In this document: positions 24,522-35,644 of the stretch, in pieces
How positions within the stretch are numbered: position 1 is the stretch's first letter
How the letters are laid out: each line of letters begins with the position of its first letter
Origin: a virus
Taxonomy: Duplodnaviria; Caudoviricetes
Length of the DNA stretch: 64,000 nucleotides
Direction: 5' to 3' (one strand)
IMG/VR virus record: IMGVR_UViG_3300027991_000002
Coordinates: 11,208-75,207 of that record
Notes under the pieces: model-generated
What the model was told of the DNA's origin: nothing
Database searches by the model: none
Seen by the model: the letters and a program-made list of their open reading frames with translations, nothing else
Made by a program: the position numbers and the translations under genes

Positions 24522-27500
24522 TTATTCTGCTTCCCAAAGGTAAACTTGCGCAGTAGGTGTTCCTACTTTTGTCCAAGCTATATCAAAGGTTGTTGATGTT
24601 ACATTTTGAACTACTCCTTGTATTGTATTTCCTGATGAGGTGGCGACAAAAATAGTAAAAGTAGTCGAAGATTGCGGGGCTTGAGTAGTTGTTCCTGCCG
24701 ATGTCATGTAAATACAAGTCTGTCCTCCTGCGGCTGTATAAACTCCCATTGAAACAGGTGTAGGTGTGGCAGAGGTGCTTGCTGTAAATGTTCCTATTCC
24801 ATATAAACGAATGGTGGTAGGTATTCTGCTGACATTATGTGTTACTGTTGTGGTTGTGGTGGTCGTTGCGGTGGCTGCCACTCCTGAGCGTGAGTTGACA
24901 CCTGAAATCCAATTTGTGCCATCGGATTTTAAAGTATTTCCTGATGTCCCCGGCACTGCCCATGTCTCTGTTGAATAAATATTGTTTGTGGCATCAGATA
25001 CAAGTATTGTTCTTGCTGCTCCACTTGCCGATGGATAGGTTGGCGTACTCCATGTAGGCACTGCACTTGCTCCACTTTGCAGAACCTTTCCTGCGGTTGC
25101 ATTAACAGCTAAAACTCCCATTGCATTTGAACCTGTTGCAACAAATATATCCCCTGTGTTAGCCGTATCAGGAATAGTTAATGTAGATGCTACAAAATTT
25201 GTAGCATTTCCTCTTGGGAATGTTCCTGCTGCTGCTGCGCTGCCAATTTGAAATCCCGCAAATGAATCAATACTTCCTGCTGTTGTTTTTATTCCGCTGC
25301 CAAACGAAAATATATCACTTGCGTTTAAATTGACTCCTAAGTTTGCACTGTTGGCAGCATTTCTCCAGTTTATTGCTCCAGTATTGGCAAGTCTAAATAC
25401 TCCGGCAGAAGCTGAATTAGCCGCAGAGCTTGTGAAGTTACCGCCCTTAAAACTTGAAGATGCTAATTGAACAGCAGACGAATCAAAAGTTAATGCTGAA
25501 TTGGTTTTGATTGCATTATTCGTAGTTGCCTGAGAAGTAAAAAAAGCAATAAAGCAAGTAGTGTCTGTGGATTCAACAGCAGTGGACATTGAATCTACTG
25601 TCATTACTGTTCCTGCGCCACTGACAGTAACATCTCCATAATCTGCATCTCCTAATACGGCTGTTGGAGCAGCCCATGTTGCATCTCCTCTCCAAAAAGT
25701 TGTATTGCTTGCGCTTGTTCCTGAGTTAAGATTTGCAACAGGAAGATTGCCTGAAACATCTGTTGCTAAAGCTACTTGTGCAAAAGATACTGTTGTCCCG
25801 TCTGTTCTTAAAACACGGTTGGCTACCGCTCCTGATGTAATAGACGGAACTCCTGTACTTGATGTCACCAAAGCTCCTGTATTAGCCGTTGCTAACGCTG
25901 AGATGACATTCGCTGCACTGGCATAAAGAATCGTGCTTATCGCGGCTGTATTAGGTAAGGTGAGAGTACTCCAAACGGGAGCAGTAGTCACTCCTCCGCT
26001 TCTTAAATAACTTCCCGCTGCCACATCTGCCAACGCTGAAAAGACATTAGTAGCAGAAGCATAAATAATATCTCCTGTGGTGTAAGTGTCAGGAATAGTA
26101 AACGTGCTGTAAACATTATTCGTTCCGTCACTTCTTAATACTTTCCCTGCTGTTCCGCTTGCGCTCGGATAAGTTGGGGTACTCCACGCAAGCCCTGTCG
26201 CTGCTGCGGAAGAAACCTGTAATATCTGCCCATCGGTTGCGCCTATCGCTAATCTTGTATTTACTGTGCTGAAAACAAAAATATCTCCTTTTGTGGTAAG
26301 TGGAGAAACATCGGCTGCTGTCACCGTACTCCATGCAGGAGCGGCACTCACCGCACCTGTTCCTGTCTGACTGAGGAACATTTTGGTAGTGGTGATGTTT
26401 CCCGCAAGTGCCAATAATTGTCCTGACGCGGGAGGCGTTGAGCCATAAAGTATATCTCCAAGTACATAAGAAACTAATCCTGTGCCTCCGTGATTAGCTG
26501 AGAGTGTTCCCGCGATGTCATTAGCTAAAGATACTGCTGCCCAACTTGGATTACCTGCTGCATTACCGTGTAAAACTGTTGTTGTTGTCCCTTGATTAAC
26601 AAAGTCTGCACTTGCAAGTGTAGGTGCTGCCCATGAAGTTATTCCACTTCCATCTGTCTTAAAAAACTCATTCGCATTACCATCACTATCAGGCAAAGTC
26701 AATGTCCATGTTCCTGCAATGGCTTTGGGTTGTATAGTCACAAGTCCCGATGTAGAGCCATAAAAACCTGCATTGCCGAGTGTGGTGTTTAAAGTGCCGA
26801 GTAAAAGTCCAACAGGTAACCTGACTTTTCCTGTTGAATCCCATTGTAAAGTAGTGGTGTGTGCGTGTGGTGCGCCTGCCAAGACGTTACTTTCAAGATA
26901 CATCGAAAATGTCCCTGTGGCGTTGTCAAGTTGCATTAATGCTCCATAACCATTTACCCCCGCTAAATATGCTCCGTCCGGTGTTGAATTGAATCCGATA
27001 CCTCCTACTCCTGCTCCTGCTGCTGATGCGTAAAAACCACCTACGCCTCCTGCTATATCCATTCCTGCGTTTAAAAGGATGTTGGTAGCATCGTTAAAAG
27101 TCAAATCAGCACTTGTCGTACCACCTGCTGTCACTCCATCGCCAAAGGGTATTCTTGTGGCTGCATAGATTGGTGCGCCTGCGCTTGCCGTCCAACTTAA
27201 ATTGCCTGCTCCGTCATTAGTCAACGCTCCTGCCGCGTTTGCAGGAATAGTATTTCCGTTTATCTTGGCTACCGTTGGATTTACATACGTTCCTGACAGG
27301 TCGCCCCCTGCGGCTATGCCCGCTATGGTGGTTAAATATCCTGAATCGTTGACAAATTGGGAAATGTTGGTTGAAGTCAGGTTAGCTGTCAAAACTCCTG
27401 CTGCTACATTTAAAGTAACGTCATTGCCTACGTTGCTTATCGAAGTAATAAATGCTGCTCCCCCTGCCGTAAATTCAAGTCCTGATTCATCGGCTTTTAC

Positions 27501-27791
27501 ACTGACTACTTTTGTTGCTTGTCCTACATAAGAATTGGGAACATCGGTTAATTGAGTGAACTTTGTTGCTCCGTATTTATTTATTAATCCTTCGGGTAAA
27601 AAATCAGTAGTCGCTAAAACTATCTGTTCTATTGCTTTCCATACATTTCCTGTGGGTTGGCGTTGCTGTTCGTAAAGAATCGAGGTGGCTAAATCAATCG
27701 CCTGAACACCTTTTTGAGCAGTTACTTCTGATGGTATTCCTGAATGAAGAAAGTCATTCGTGGCAACAGGATTTATTTTCTTTACCGCCAT
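24522..27791 (-). CDS. tail fibre protein (1089 aa)
   Basis: Gly/Ala/Thr/Ser-rich; internal repeats ([11 protein letters not shown] x2, TIPDTxxTGDI x2, GD-motif shaft repeats). Confidence 0.8.
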   Translation of the reverse strand: MAVKKINPVATNDFLHSGIPSEVTAQKGVQAIDLATSILYEQQRQPTGNVWKAIEQIVLATTDFLPEGLINKYGATKFTQLTDVPNSYVGQATKVVSVKADESGLEFTAGGAAFITSISNVGNDVTLNVAAGVLTANLTSTNISQFVNDSGYLTTIAGIAAGGDLSGTYVNPTVAKINGNTIPANAAGALTNDGAGNLSWTASAGAPIYAATRIPFGDGVTAGGTTSADLTFNDATNILLNAGMDIAGGVGGFYASAAGAGVGGIGFNSTPDGAYLAGVNGYGALMQLDNATGTFSMYLESNVLAGAPHAHTTTLQWDSTGKVRLPVGLLLGTLNTTLGNAGFYGSTSGLVTIQPKAIAGTWTLTLPDSDGNANEFFKTDGSGITSWAAPTLASADFVNQGTTTTVLHGNAAGNPSWAAVSLANDIAGTLSANHGGTGLVSYVLGDILYGSTPPASGQLLALAGNITTTKMFLSQTGTGAVSAAPAWSTVTAADVSPLTTKGDIFVFSTVNTRLAIGATDGQILQVSSAAATGLAWSTPTYPSASGTAGKVLRSDGTNNVYSTFTIPDTYTTGDIIYASATNVFSALADVAAGSYLRSGGVTTAPVWSTLTLPNTAAISTILYASAANVISALATANTGALVTSSTGVPSITSGAVANRVLRTDGTTVSFAQVALATDVSGNLPVANLNSGTSASNTTFWRGDATWAAPTAVLGDADYGDVTVSGAGTVMTVDSMSTAVESTDTTCFIAFFTSQATTNNAIKTNSALTFDSSAVQLASSSFKGGNFTSSAANSASAGVFRLANTGAINWRNAANSANLGVNLNASDIFSFGSGIKTTAGSIDSFAGFQIGSAAAAGTFPRGNATNFVASTLTIPDTANTGDIFVATGSNAMGVLAVNATAGKVLQSGASAVPTWSTPTYPSASGAARTILVSDATNNIYSTETWAVPGTSGNTLKSDGTNWISGVNSRSGVAATATTTTTTTVTHNVSRIPTTIRLYGIGTFTASTSATPTPVSMGVYTAAGGQTCIYMTSAGTTTQAPQSSTTFTIFVATSSGNTIQGVVQNVTSTTFDIAWTKVGTPTAQVYLWEAE

Positions 27792-27971
27792 TTCGCAAAC
27801 TTAACTCAAATAGTAGCGGTTTCTACATGGAAGAAAAAAATATTTTTAACAAAATGTTGGAAGTGAATAAAAAGGTATTATCTTTGCATCGGCTTTTAGG
27901 TTTACGTTCTGTATCACATATCAATTATAAAAATAGTTATCGGGAAACCGAGCAACAAACCCTAACACCCT

Positions 27972-27999
27972 AAAAGCCCATTCTAACGTTTGGGTTTTT
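27972..27999 (+). terminator. intrinsic terminator
   Basis: AAAAGCCCA...TGGGTTTTT. Confidence 0.55.
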
Positions 28000-28415
28000 G
28001 TGTTTTAGGAAAATGAAGAATTGCAATATTGAAAATAGTTTCACGGGAGGTGTTCCGACTCAAGGAGGTGATGCGCTAACACGAAAGTGGAGGATGCAGG
28101 GTGTCGGAGGTATTGTAACATAAAAGAGTTACTTACTTTTGTAACTCAAAGCAAAATGAAAACGAGCAAACTTTTAAGATACTTAATTGGAACGCGCAAA
28201 AGCCCCCTGTTAGGGCGGAGCAATTTTGTTTTTCAGAGGGGGACTTTTTCTTTTCTTTTTAAGCTTCTTTGTAGTTGTTGCTTTTCTCTCTTTCTTTTCT
28301 TTTATTGCTGGTAGTTTAAGGTTGGTAGCATTAACTTAAATTATAGGTAACACAGAAGTAAATAATTCATATTCACCCCCAAAAAACTTTTTTTAACTTT
28401 ACAAAAATCTCTCCC

Positions 28416-28814
28416 ATGAAAAGTATATCGCTTTATTTGAAATACCTTTTGTTGTTATTGGCTTTGGGAGGGATGTGTTCGTGTGAGAAGTATGAACTGC
28501 GGAAAGAACAACGGGCAAAAAGTGTTCAGTCTCATCTTTACATCAGCGAAGGATTTGACATGCCTAATCAGATAACGCATCAGGATATTGTTAATATTTG
28601 TCAGCAATTAATAAACGAAAATCCGCAATATGATTCACTCTACATTAATAAACTACCCCCCGATGGAGAGCCAAGTACTTATACTGTTGTAGGTCATGTC
28701 AGGTTTATTTTTCATTTTTGGAGTGTGAAAGCAACTAACAATACTTCGATAAATATTCAATATGATTCTACAAATTACGACCTGACTAATTTAGGTCGTA
28801 TGCACGATGATTAG
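28416..28814 (+). CDS. lipoprotein (132 aa), counter-oriented moron
   Basis: MKSISLYLKYLLLLLALGGMCS-C signal; on the opposite strand to the flanking tail genes. Confidence 0.7.
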   Translation: MKSISLYLKYLLLLLALGGMCSCEKYELRKEQRAKSVQSHLYISEGFDMPNQITHQDIVNICQQLINENPQYDSLYINKLPPDGEPSTYTVVGHVRFIFHFWSVKATNNTSINIQYDSTNYDLTNLGRMHDD

Positions 28815-30523
28815 TAGTTGGCGCGATTGGTTTCGTAACTGTCAACACCTGCGCCTGTAATCAGAAAATCAATAAAATCAAAGTTCGCACCGACTCCTAC
28901 AAAAGCTATTGCCCCTTTTAGTCGAGGATTATTTGCCGCAAGTCCTGAGTTGATTGTAAGCGTTATTCCTGTGTCAGGAATCAATCTGAAATTTCTTGTA
29001 AGAGTGGCGGGTGCAGATGGTTTAACGATAGAATTAATGGTATAGGTGGGATTTGCCCCTTGTAAAACAAATGCGCCTGCAATAGTATATTTTTGAGGAA
29101 TCGTTAAAACATTTGCCGCAAAAATCGCTGCATCATCTAAGTCAAGATTAACTTTTAGAGTTGAAGTGTTGTTATCATTGGAATTGCTACTTCCGATAGT
29201 TTGTCCTGAAAAAGAATAATCAATCGTTGCGTTTATTCCACCACCTAAAAAAATATTTGAACTTAAATTATTTCCATTGGTAATATCAATAGTACCTCCT
29301 GCATCTATTATTGTTTGATTGTAAAAAACACCTTCATTAAGATTAGTAAAATAAAGAGTCGAACTCCCAATTAAATTATTGTCAGCTATAAATCCTCTTT
29401 GATTTAAACATGAAAGAGTTGAACCACTTTCAACAAAGTTTCCTGATACATTATCATTGCCCCATTGAAATACTGCAATAACTCCTGCATTATTCCCATC
29501 TGAAACTTTATTCTGTCTTTTGTCTGCACGGTAAACTAAAATGTCATCAGCAAATTTGTATTGTATGTCATCAACTTCATTTATGTAGCCGTTAGTCACA
29601 GACGGAGTAAGCAACTGATAAGCGGTATTGTTAGTAACGGGGTCTGTACCGTTGAAAGCTGTTTCATCAATCACCACGTAATGACTCCCATTCCAAAAAA
29701 CAACATTGCCATTTACAAGTATTGCAGGTGCAGGATAAGTAACCGTCAATTCATTTGCTGAAACTCCTGTCCCATTATCTATCGTATTGCCCGGCACGTA
29801 AAAGTTCGCAGGTGTCGTTCTGAATATCGTTATCGTGCTTCCGTCATCCGAGATACAAGTTCCTACTGCTCCGTTGGCGGCTTCCGTTATCGTCTCGCCT
29901 GCTACGAAATTACCGCCTATTAAAGTGTCGTAGGTTATCGTAACAAGTTCAAGTCCTGTATGCCATACGCCTGCATTGGCTGATGCTCCGTTGTAAAGAA
30001 CATAACCCGCAACTCCGCTATAATCACCTGCGCCTTGAAAATCGGGATTAAGAGCGTTCAACCATCCGTTTAAAAGAGGAGTATGAGTAGGGTTAGTTGA
30101 TGTATCAATAGGCAATAAAATACTGCGGTCTGTGATGTAGATTTTGTCGTAAAGAGTGGTATTGATTCCATTTGACAGCGCATTTGAAATATTGGTATAA
30201 GTATCTATCAACGTCCCGCCCCCTCCTGTACGAGCATGCCATTGGCGAACTCCGAAAGCGTCTGTGCCGTAATCATAATTAGGAGGTACTGTGGAAAGGT
30301 CATTCATTAATTCAAATGGTGCGCCCTGAGAACCGATACCTACTATTGAATTGCGAGTGAATAACTGACTGCCGAGCCATTTTAGGAAACCTGTAAAATC
30401 AGTTTGAAAATTCTCCCACAACTTTTGCCCTGTGGTTTGCCTTTGGGAAATACGCACTCTCTCTTTGCCTGTGATTTGCGAGGCATTGAGGAACTTTTCA
30501 GAACTTGTGGGTTTAGAACTCAT
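28811..30523 (-). CDS. tail spike or receptor-binding-like protein (570 aa)
   Basis: Asn/Gly/Thr-rich, beta-helix-like repeats; located in the tail region. Confidence 0.6.
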   Translation of the reverse strand: MSSKPTSSEKFLNASQITGKERVRISQRQTTGQKLWENFQTDFTGFLKWLGSQLFTRNSIVGIGSQGAPFELMNDLSTVPPNYDYGTDAFGVRQWHARTGGGGTLIDTYTNISNALSNGINTTLYDKIYITDRSILLPIDTSTNPTHTPLLNGWLNALNPDFQGAGDYSGVAGYVLYNGASANAGVWHTGLELVTITYDTLIGGNFVAGETITEAANGAVGTCISDDGSTITIFRTTPANFYVPGNTIDNGTGVSANELTVTYPAPAILVNGNVVFWNGSHYVVIDETAFNGTDPVTNNTAYQLLTPSVTNGYINEVDDIQYKFADDILVYRADKRQNKVSDGNNAGVIAVFQWGNDNVSGNFVESGSTLSCLNQRGFIADNNLIGSSTLYFTNLNEGVFYNQTIIDAGGTIDITNGNNLSSNIFLGGGINATIDYSFSGQTIGSSNSNDNNTSTLKVNLDLDDAAIFAANVLTIPQKYTIAGAFVLQGANPTYTINSIVKPSAPATLTRNFRLIPDTGITLTINSGLAANNPRLKGAIAFVGVGANFDFIDFLITGAGVDSYETNRANY

Positions 30524-30963
30524 CGTACAATAGCCACTTTAAACACTCCTCCGTCTAATACTAACGGGTCAACTGGTTTAGTATCCTGACCTGTAAATAC
30601 CGTAGGAGAAGCAGATACCGATTGTGCCGCCCCGTTGATATTTCCTGAACCGCTTGCAAGCTGTACAGAAATCTCTTTCGCGGCTGGCTTTAAAGTCCTT
30701 CGTAACGCTTGCGCTATCGTTATATCAGCCGTAAATTTTTCTTTGATGATACAATGAGTGTCATCCTGAACGGAAACTACCTGATGAGCTTCTTTGTTAG
30801 TGGTAGCATCAAGCAGCCAGTCGTAATTATGCAGTTCTGTTAGAAAAGCTGTTGCGATTCCAGTTACATACACTCCGCTTGTGGTGGCTGTGCCTGTTAA
30901 GGTGGTTGAGCGTGGAGCGGTGTCCACCCCTGATGCTTGTGAATAAAATTCTGAATTTGCCAT
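30520..30963 (-). CDS. virion structural protein (147 aa)
   Basis: TGTATTSGVYVTGIATAFLTEL motif typical of tail-associated domains. Confidence 0.6.
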   Translation of the reverse strand: MANSEFYSQASGVDTAPRSTTLTGTATTSGVYVTGIATAFLTELHNYDWLLDATTNKEAHQVVSVQDDTHCIIKEKFTADITIAQALRRTLKPAAKEISVQLASGSGNINGAAQSVSASPTVFTGQDTKPVDPLVLDGGVFKVAIVR

Positions 30964-31004
30964 AGTAAGTGTTTTTACAAATATAGATTATTGATTAATT
31001 GATT

Positions 31005-31184
31005 TTATGTTTTGTCAGATTTCTTTTTAACTTTTTTGTGCATGGAAGCGTAACCACTTGCGTGAGCGGGAAGTTTTTTCCCTTTACTTGCAGCGTTCCA
31101 TTCGTCAACGTCCACACCTTGTTTTTCAAGTTCTTTTTTATGGATGTTAAAGTATGCGGCTTGGGCAGCAGATTTGTACGGCAT
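31005..31184 (-). CDS. small conserved phage protein (59 aa)
   Basis: Translated by hand: MPYKSAAQAAYFNIHKKELEKQGVDVDEWNAASKGKKLP... Confidence 0.75.
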   Translation of the reverse strand: MPYKSAAQAAYFNIHKKELEKQGVDVDEWNAASKGKKLPAHASGYASMHKKVKKKSDKT

Positions 31185-31195
31185 AGTATTTAGTT

Positions 31196-34100
31196 TTAAC
31201 GGTTTCTGTTTTCTGTTCGGGTTTCTTGACGGTCTGTGGTTCTTGAAGATTGATTTTTAACAGGTGGCGCAACTCCTATTCTTGTTCCTGTAAATCCTGA
31301 AACCATTCCAATCCATAGTCCTGTAAAATAATCTTCTATCTGTGGCTCACTTACCCCCTTGTCGTGCATTTCAGTATAAACATCTCTTGCCCCCTCCGAT
31401 ACCGGAATAGGGGCTTGTGAAAATAAATATTCTTTCCACGTCATCTTATGATTGTATTTATGCGCAGGCGGAGCATCGGAAAATGGCAATGTATTTCCCG
31501 CGAAATCATGTTGTGTTAATACATCTGCTCCTGTGGATGCAAAAGGAGAAAGTTTGCCTCTTAAATACTTACCTGTTGTTTCATATAATTTATCTGCTTG
31601 CGTTTCCCCTTTTAATTCTTTCTTATCTAAAAATGGAAGTGAAATTAATACAGACAACAAGTGCATAGATGAAACAAGTCCTCCTGTTACATCTATTGTC
31701 TTATCTCCGATTTTATGTTTCATCCAATCGGATTCTAACGGATGAGTGAAGTTTATTTTTTTATCTGAACCTGATGCAGAAAGTAATCCTTGATTGACAG
31801 CAAGTGAAGCGATATATGTTGCTGACATTGCTCCAATTCCTTTTGCGATTATTTTCGCTGCGGCTTTTTCAGACGGAGTTGCGTTCTTCCAATTTGTAAA
31901 TGTTGTTACGGCTTTTGTCGGCTCTCCGATTAGTCTCGCCCATCGTGATGCTTCAAGACGCGGGGCGAATATCGCTGTGCCTACTGTTTCAGGAATAGGA
32001 ACTTTACTCGTTCCTGTGGAATGATTTACAAGTGTTGCAATTTCTTTTGCGGTATTAGGGTCTGCTTTTTCTACATCTGAAAGTTTATTATAAAAATTAT
32101 CAAACAAATCCTGACGAAAAACTTTTAATGCAAAAAATCCTCTGTCCCCTGCTGTACCGAATTTTCCAAAAAACTTTTTTAAGCCACCATAATCATCATA
32201 AATAGAATTAGGGTCATTGGCAAGTCCCGAACGTTTGGCTAAAATAAAATTAGGTCTGCTTTGCAAATCTTCTTTTGCCATTTCGTAGTCGGATGGCTTG
32301 AACATATATCGAAATTGTTTCCCAAAATCTGTCCAATAAGATTTCCATGTTGAGGGACGAAATATATTTGTTCCCGCGTGTGTAACCATTCCTACCGTTC
32401 CGTGACCTGCGATAGCTTTTTCAAAAAAGAACTTAGGGATGGCTTTGAATATCTTTGTCAGTCGCGGTGTATTGGTTGTCTTAACCCATTCTTTTGCTCT
32501 GCCGATTGCTTGATTTCGTTTGTATTGAGTGCGATACATTTCATCGGTGATTGCGCGTACTGCTTTGGGTTGTGAGATTGCATTACGAACCTGCTCCCTT
32601 GTTAATCCTAAATCTTTAGAAACACCGTTGAGCATATTTTCATAGATACCGTCTTTGTCGAGATAATTTTCTTTTGCATAATTCCAAATATCTCTGACCT
32701 CCTGTGTGGTAAACTTAGAATCTTTTTTATCTACAAACTTGGTCAGAATATCATCATTTGTAAATTCATTAAAGTGGTTTTTAAATGCGCTTTCTGCTTC
32801 ATCTTTTTTGTCAAAGTTTTTATACCAATCACTTGCTTTGATATGTGCAAGTCCGTCTGCGATTGCTTGCGCAACTGTTCCGCCTGCTTCAACAGTTTTT
32901 GCGGCAACTTCCAGTGCCCCGTCCCAAACTATTGATGCGGGCGAAGCGGCTGAAAAAACAGACGGTCGTGAAGTTTTCCCCTGACGAATTATGTTGGCAA
33001 TTTCTTTTGCTCTCTCCTTAATGTTCTTTGGAGTTTCTTCAACGGCTGCATTGAGAGCATCGGTTAATTTTTGTTTTAACTTTTCAACTTGATTTGTCAG
33101 AGTTTTTACTTTGCCCGAAAGTTCTTTTGCTTCTGCAATTTGTTTTGGAGTGGCTTTTTTACCATCCGCCTCTACCGCCCTGACAAGTCCTGTCCAACTA
33201 CCTGTATCAATATCTACTTCGCCTTGATGTGCCGCAAATGCTTTGTGCGCAAGAGTTGAAAGTGGTTTGACTTTTGCTAAATAATCATTCTCTTTTTGTT
33301 TTGCCACCTCGTATTCTTTACTGTTACTACCAAATTTATCTCCTGCTGCATTTGTTTCTCTGCCTAACTCATTAGCATAACTTTGAGCGATAGCAACTTT
33401 GTCGTGGAGTGGAATTGATTCATCGTTAATCATTGCGATAGGGTCTGCGCCTTTTGCTCGTAACTCATTGCCTCTTGCAAGGGCTTCTTCGCCTGTCCAT
33501 CCGACACCTGATTCGGCAGGTTCGTTTCCTAATGTTCCTGCTCGTTGCTCTCTTGCTTTAATGGAGATTCCTGTTGTTCCACTTGGGGGTTCGCCTGATT
33601 CTGCGGGAGGTTCTGGTGGATTCTGCGAAGTTGTTCTATCTCCAACATTCGTCTCGCTTTCTGCTTGGTGGTCAGATGCGGGTTTTGATGCTTCAAGTTC
33701 TGTTGCTCGTTGTTCATCTGTTAATGAATTAAACCAGTTATCGTAATCATTGGATAAAGTATTTTCGTTTCTTGTATCGTGCGGAATGTGTTCAAGTTCT
33801 TTTCCTATTGACTGCATGAAGTCATTGATAGGTACTTGAATATTTTCTCCGCTGTCGGGGTGTTTTAAAATTACTGTTCCGTTTTTTGCCTGCTCATCTA
33901 ATTGAGTTAAGAGTTCGTGCGCTCCGTTAGTAGGTCTGTCATTCACTACATCGCCCATTGCGGTTCTTATCTGTCTTTCAGACATCCGCTTGCCATCCAT
34001 TCCTACTATGACAGGAAACGCATGACTGCCAACTTCGTTCAGTTTATTAAATACCTCCTGCGTCTGCAAATCACGCCTCTCCAAAGGTACGAAATCTTCT

Positions 34101-35644
34101 TTGATTCCTTTGTTGTTAATATCAGTATTTACTGCACTTACTTTTTTGCCATTTTTATTTCTTAAAGTAATTCCGTTTTGCTTCTCGTCAATAGTCAATC
34201 CTAATTCTTGTGCTTTGATGACAATATCGTTTCTTGCTTTTGCGCCTTCGGAAGTTTTCTTTCCTAACCTTCCGTTTTTCATATCATTGTAATCGGCAAT
34301 TTGATTTACAAGATTGTTGATTTGTTTTTGACGAGGGGAAATTTGACTTGTTGTTTCTTCCGCTTGAGCATTTTCTGTCTTGTCAGATTTTGTCAAGTCA
34401 GGTTGTGGCTTAATGGCATCAATATTTTGCTGAATGTTATCAATAGCGGGCTGAACCACTTCTTTGCTTGCATCACTTAATCCGTTGGTTGCTTTTTCTA
34501 ATTCTGCTTTTGTGTCTTGGAGATGTGTTAGAGTTGCCGCGTCCTGTGCTTTACCTAACTGTTCATCGGCAACGCTTTTGTGTAGGTTGTCGGATTCGGC
34601 TTTTAAAACAGGTGCGAGTGGTGAGTCGGGATTTTTCTTAATATCCTCGTCTATCGCTGTGGCTTTTTCTTCTGCGGGATGCGGAGTGAAATTAGCTTCT
34701 GTTTTTTGTTCTGCCTTTTGTCTTTCTTCGGGAGTGGAATTGTCAATGACTTCTTTAGGAGTGAATTTTCCTTCTGCATATTTCGCGCCTCCGAACACCA
34801 CAAGGTTAGCTACAAAATCCGCTACGGCTGCCGCATTTTCTTTCCACTTAGGAACAGGAATATTTGCTTCCTTATATTTATCTTCAATTATTTTTTTTGT
34901 TGGCGACATCCACTCTGCTGCCTGCGGATTGGTTTCTTCAAGTCCCTGCGAAGCGATATTAAACGCGGCAAGTTCGGGAACTACGGCACTCGCCACTCCC
35001 AATGCTGTTTTGCCTAACCCAACTCCGACATTTAATAATCCTGATGCCATTCCTTCTTTAGCGTCTATGGCTTCGGTCTTTCCTAACTGTTCTATGCCTC
35101 CTTTTATGCCCTGTACGGCTGCGGTGGCTGCCGTTGGAATAGTTTCCCCTAAAGGATTAATCCCCTCTAAAATCCCTGATTGTGCTTCTTGCTTGGCATA
35201 AGGGTCAACCTGCATTAAAGCGGCTTGGACTTTCATATAATCCCTGCCACTGTATGGTTCTGCTAACTTATCCTTATACGCTTTTCTTACATTGGGATTA
35301 GCGAACATCGGGTCTTTAAAAGTTTCTGATGCTTGCTGTTGTAAGTAAGGCAGTTGTCTGTCTAAGCTGACAGATTTAATATCTCTTGTCGCACCACTCG
35401 GCTGCTCTTGTGAGCCATCTTGAACAGGCGGAGAAGAAATGTCTTCGGTAGGTGTAGTAGATTGATTTTGCTCTTGTGTAGAATTTTTTTTTACGTCCAC
35501 CTGTGAAGCGTAATCGGGATATTTGGCAATAATCTTATCCGTTAATACATCGTCAGGAATATCTTTATAGTCGGGGTATTTCGCTTTGATTTTGGCTGCG
35601 AAATCCTTAACTGATAGTTTGGGTTGGTCTATTACTTCGTCCAT
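31196..35644 (-). CDS. large internal virion / DNA-ejection protein (1482 aa)
   Basis: N-terminal FAAKIKAKYPDY motif; helical; LPD38-like C-terminus; last of three genes after the stabilization protein. Confidence 0.7.
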   Translation of the reverse strand: MDEVIDQPKLSVKDFAAKIKAKYPDYKDIPDDVLTDKIIAKYPDYASQVDVKKNSTQEQNQSTTPTEDISSPPVQDGSQEQPSGATRDIKSVSLDRQLPYLQQQASETFKDPMFANPNVRKAYKDKLAEPYSGRDYMKVQAALMQVDPYAKQEAQSGILEGINPLGETIPTAATAAVQGIKGGIEQLGKTEAIDAKEGMASGLLNVGVGLGKTALGVASAVVPELAAFNIASQGLEETNPQAAEWMSPTKKIIEDKYKEANIPVPKWKENAAAVADFVANLVVFGGAKYAEGKFTPKEVIDNSTPEERQKAEQKTEANFTPHPAEEKATAIDEDIKKNPDSPLAPVLKAESDNLHKSVADEQLGKAQDAATLTHLQDTKAELEKATNGLSDASKEVVQPAIDNIQQNIDAIKPQPDLTKSDKTENAQAEETTSQISPRQKQINNLVNQIADYNDMKNGRLGKKTSEGAKARNDIVIKAQELGLTIDEKQNGITLRNKNGKKVSAVNTDINNKGIKEDFVPLERRDLQTQEVFNKLNEVGSHAFPVIVGMDGKRMSERQIRTAMGDVVNDRPTNGAHELLTQLDEQAKNGTVILKHPDSGENIQVPINDFMQSIGKELEHIPHDTRNENTLSNDYDNWFNSLTDEQRATELEASKPASDHQAESETNVGDRTTSQNPPEPPAESGEPPSGTTGISIKAREQRAGTLGNEPAESGVGWTGEEALARGNELRAKGADPIAMINDESIPLHDKVAIAQSYANELGRETNAAGDKFGSNSKEYEVAKQKENDYLAKVKPLSTLAHKAFAAHQGEVDIDTGSWTGLVRAVEADGKKATPKQIAEAKELSGKVKTLTNQVEKLKQKLTDALNAAVEETPKNIKERAKEIANIIRQGKTSRPSVFSAASPASIVWDGALEVAAKTVEAGGTVAQAIADGLAHIKASDWYKNFDKKDEAESAFKNHFNEFTNDDILTKFVDKKDSKFTTQEVRDIWNYAKENYLDKDGIYENMLNGVSKDLGLTREQVRNAISQPKAVRAITDEMYRTQYKRNQAIGRAKEWVKTTNTPRLTKIFKAIPKFFFEKAIAGHGTVGMVTHAGTNIFRPSTWKSYWTDFGKQFRYMFKPSDYEMAKEDLQSRPNFILAKRSGLANDPNSIYDDYGGLKKFFGKFGTAGDRGFFALKVFRQDLFDNFYNKLSDVEKADPNTAKEIATLVNHSTGTSKVPIPETVGTAIFAPRLEASRWARLIGEPTKAVTTFTNWKNATPSEKAAAKIIAKGIGAMSATYIASLAVNQGLLSASGSDKKINFTHPLESDWMKHKIGDKTIDVTGGLVSSMHLLSVLISLPFLDKKELKGETQADKLYETTGKYLRGKLSPFASTGADVLTQHDFAGNTLPFSDAPPAHKYNHKMTWKEYLFSQAPIPVSEGARDVYTEMHDKGVSEPQIEDYFTGLWIGMVSGFTGTRIGVAPPVKNQSSRTTDRQETRTENRNR

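Noticed and set aside
24522-30523. Diversity-generating retroelement acting on the fibre or spike
   Set aside because: No reverse transcriptase and no TR/VR pair with adenine-specific differences were noticed; the repeats are ordinary shaft repeats
34464-35201. 245-aa plus-strand ORF
   Set aside because: Antisense shadow of the 1482-aa virion protein; Ser/Ala/Phe-biased with no start context
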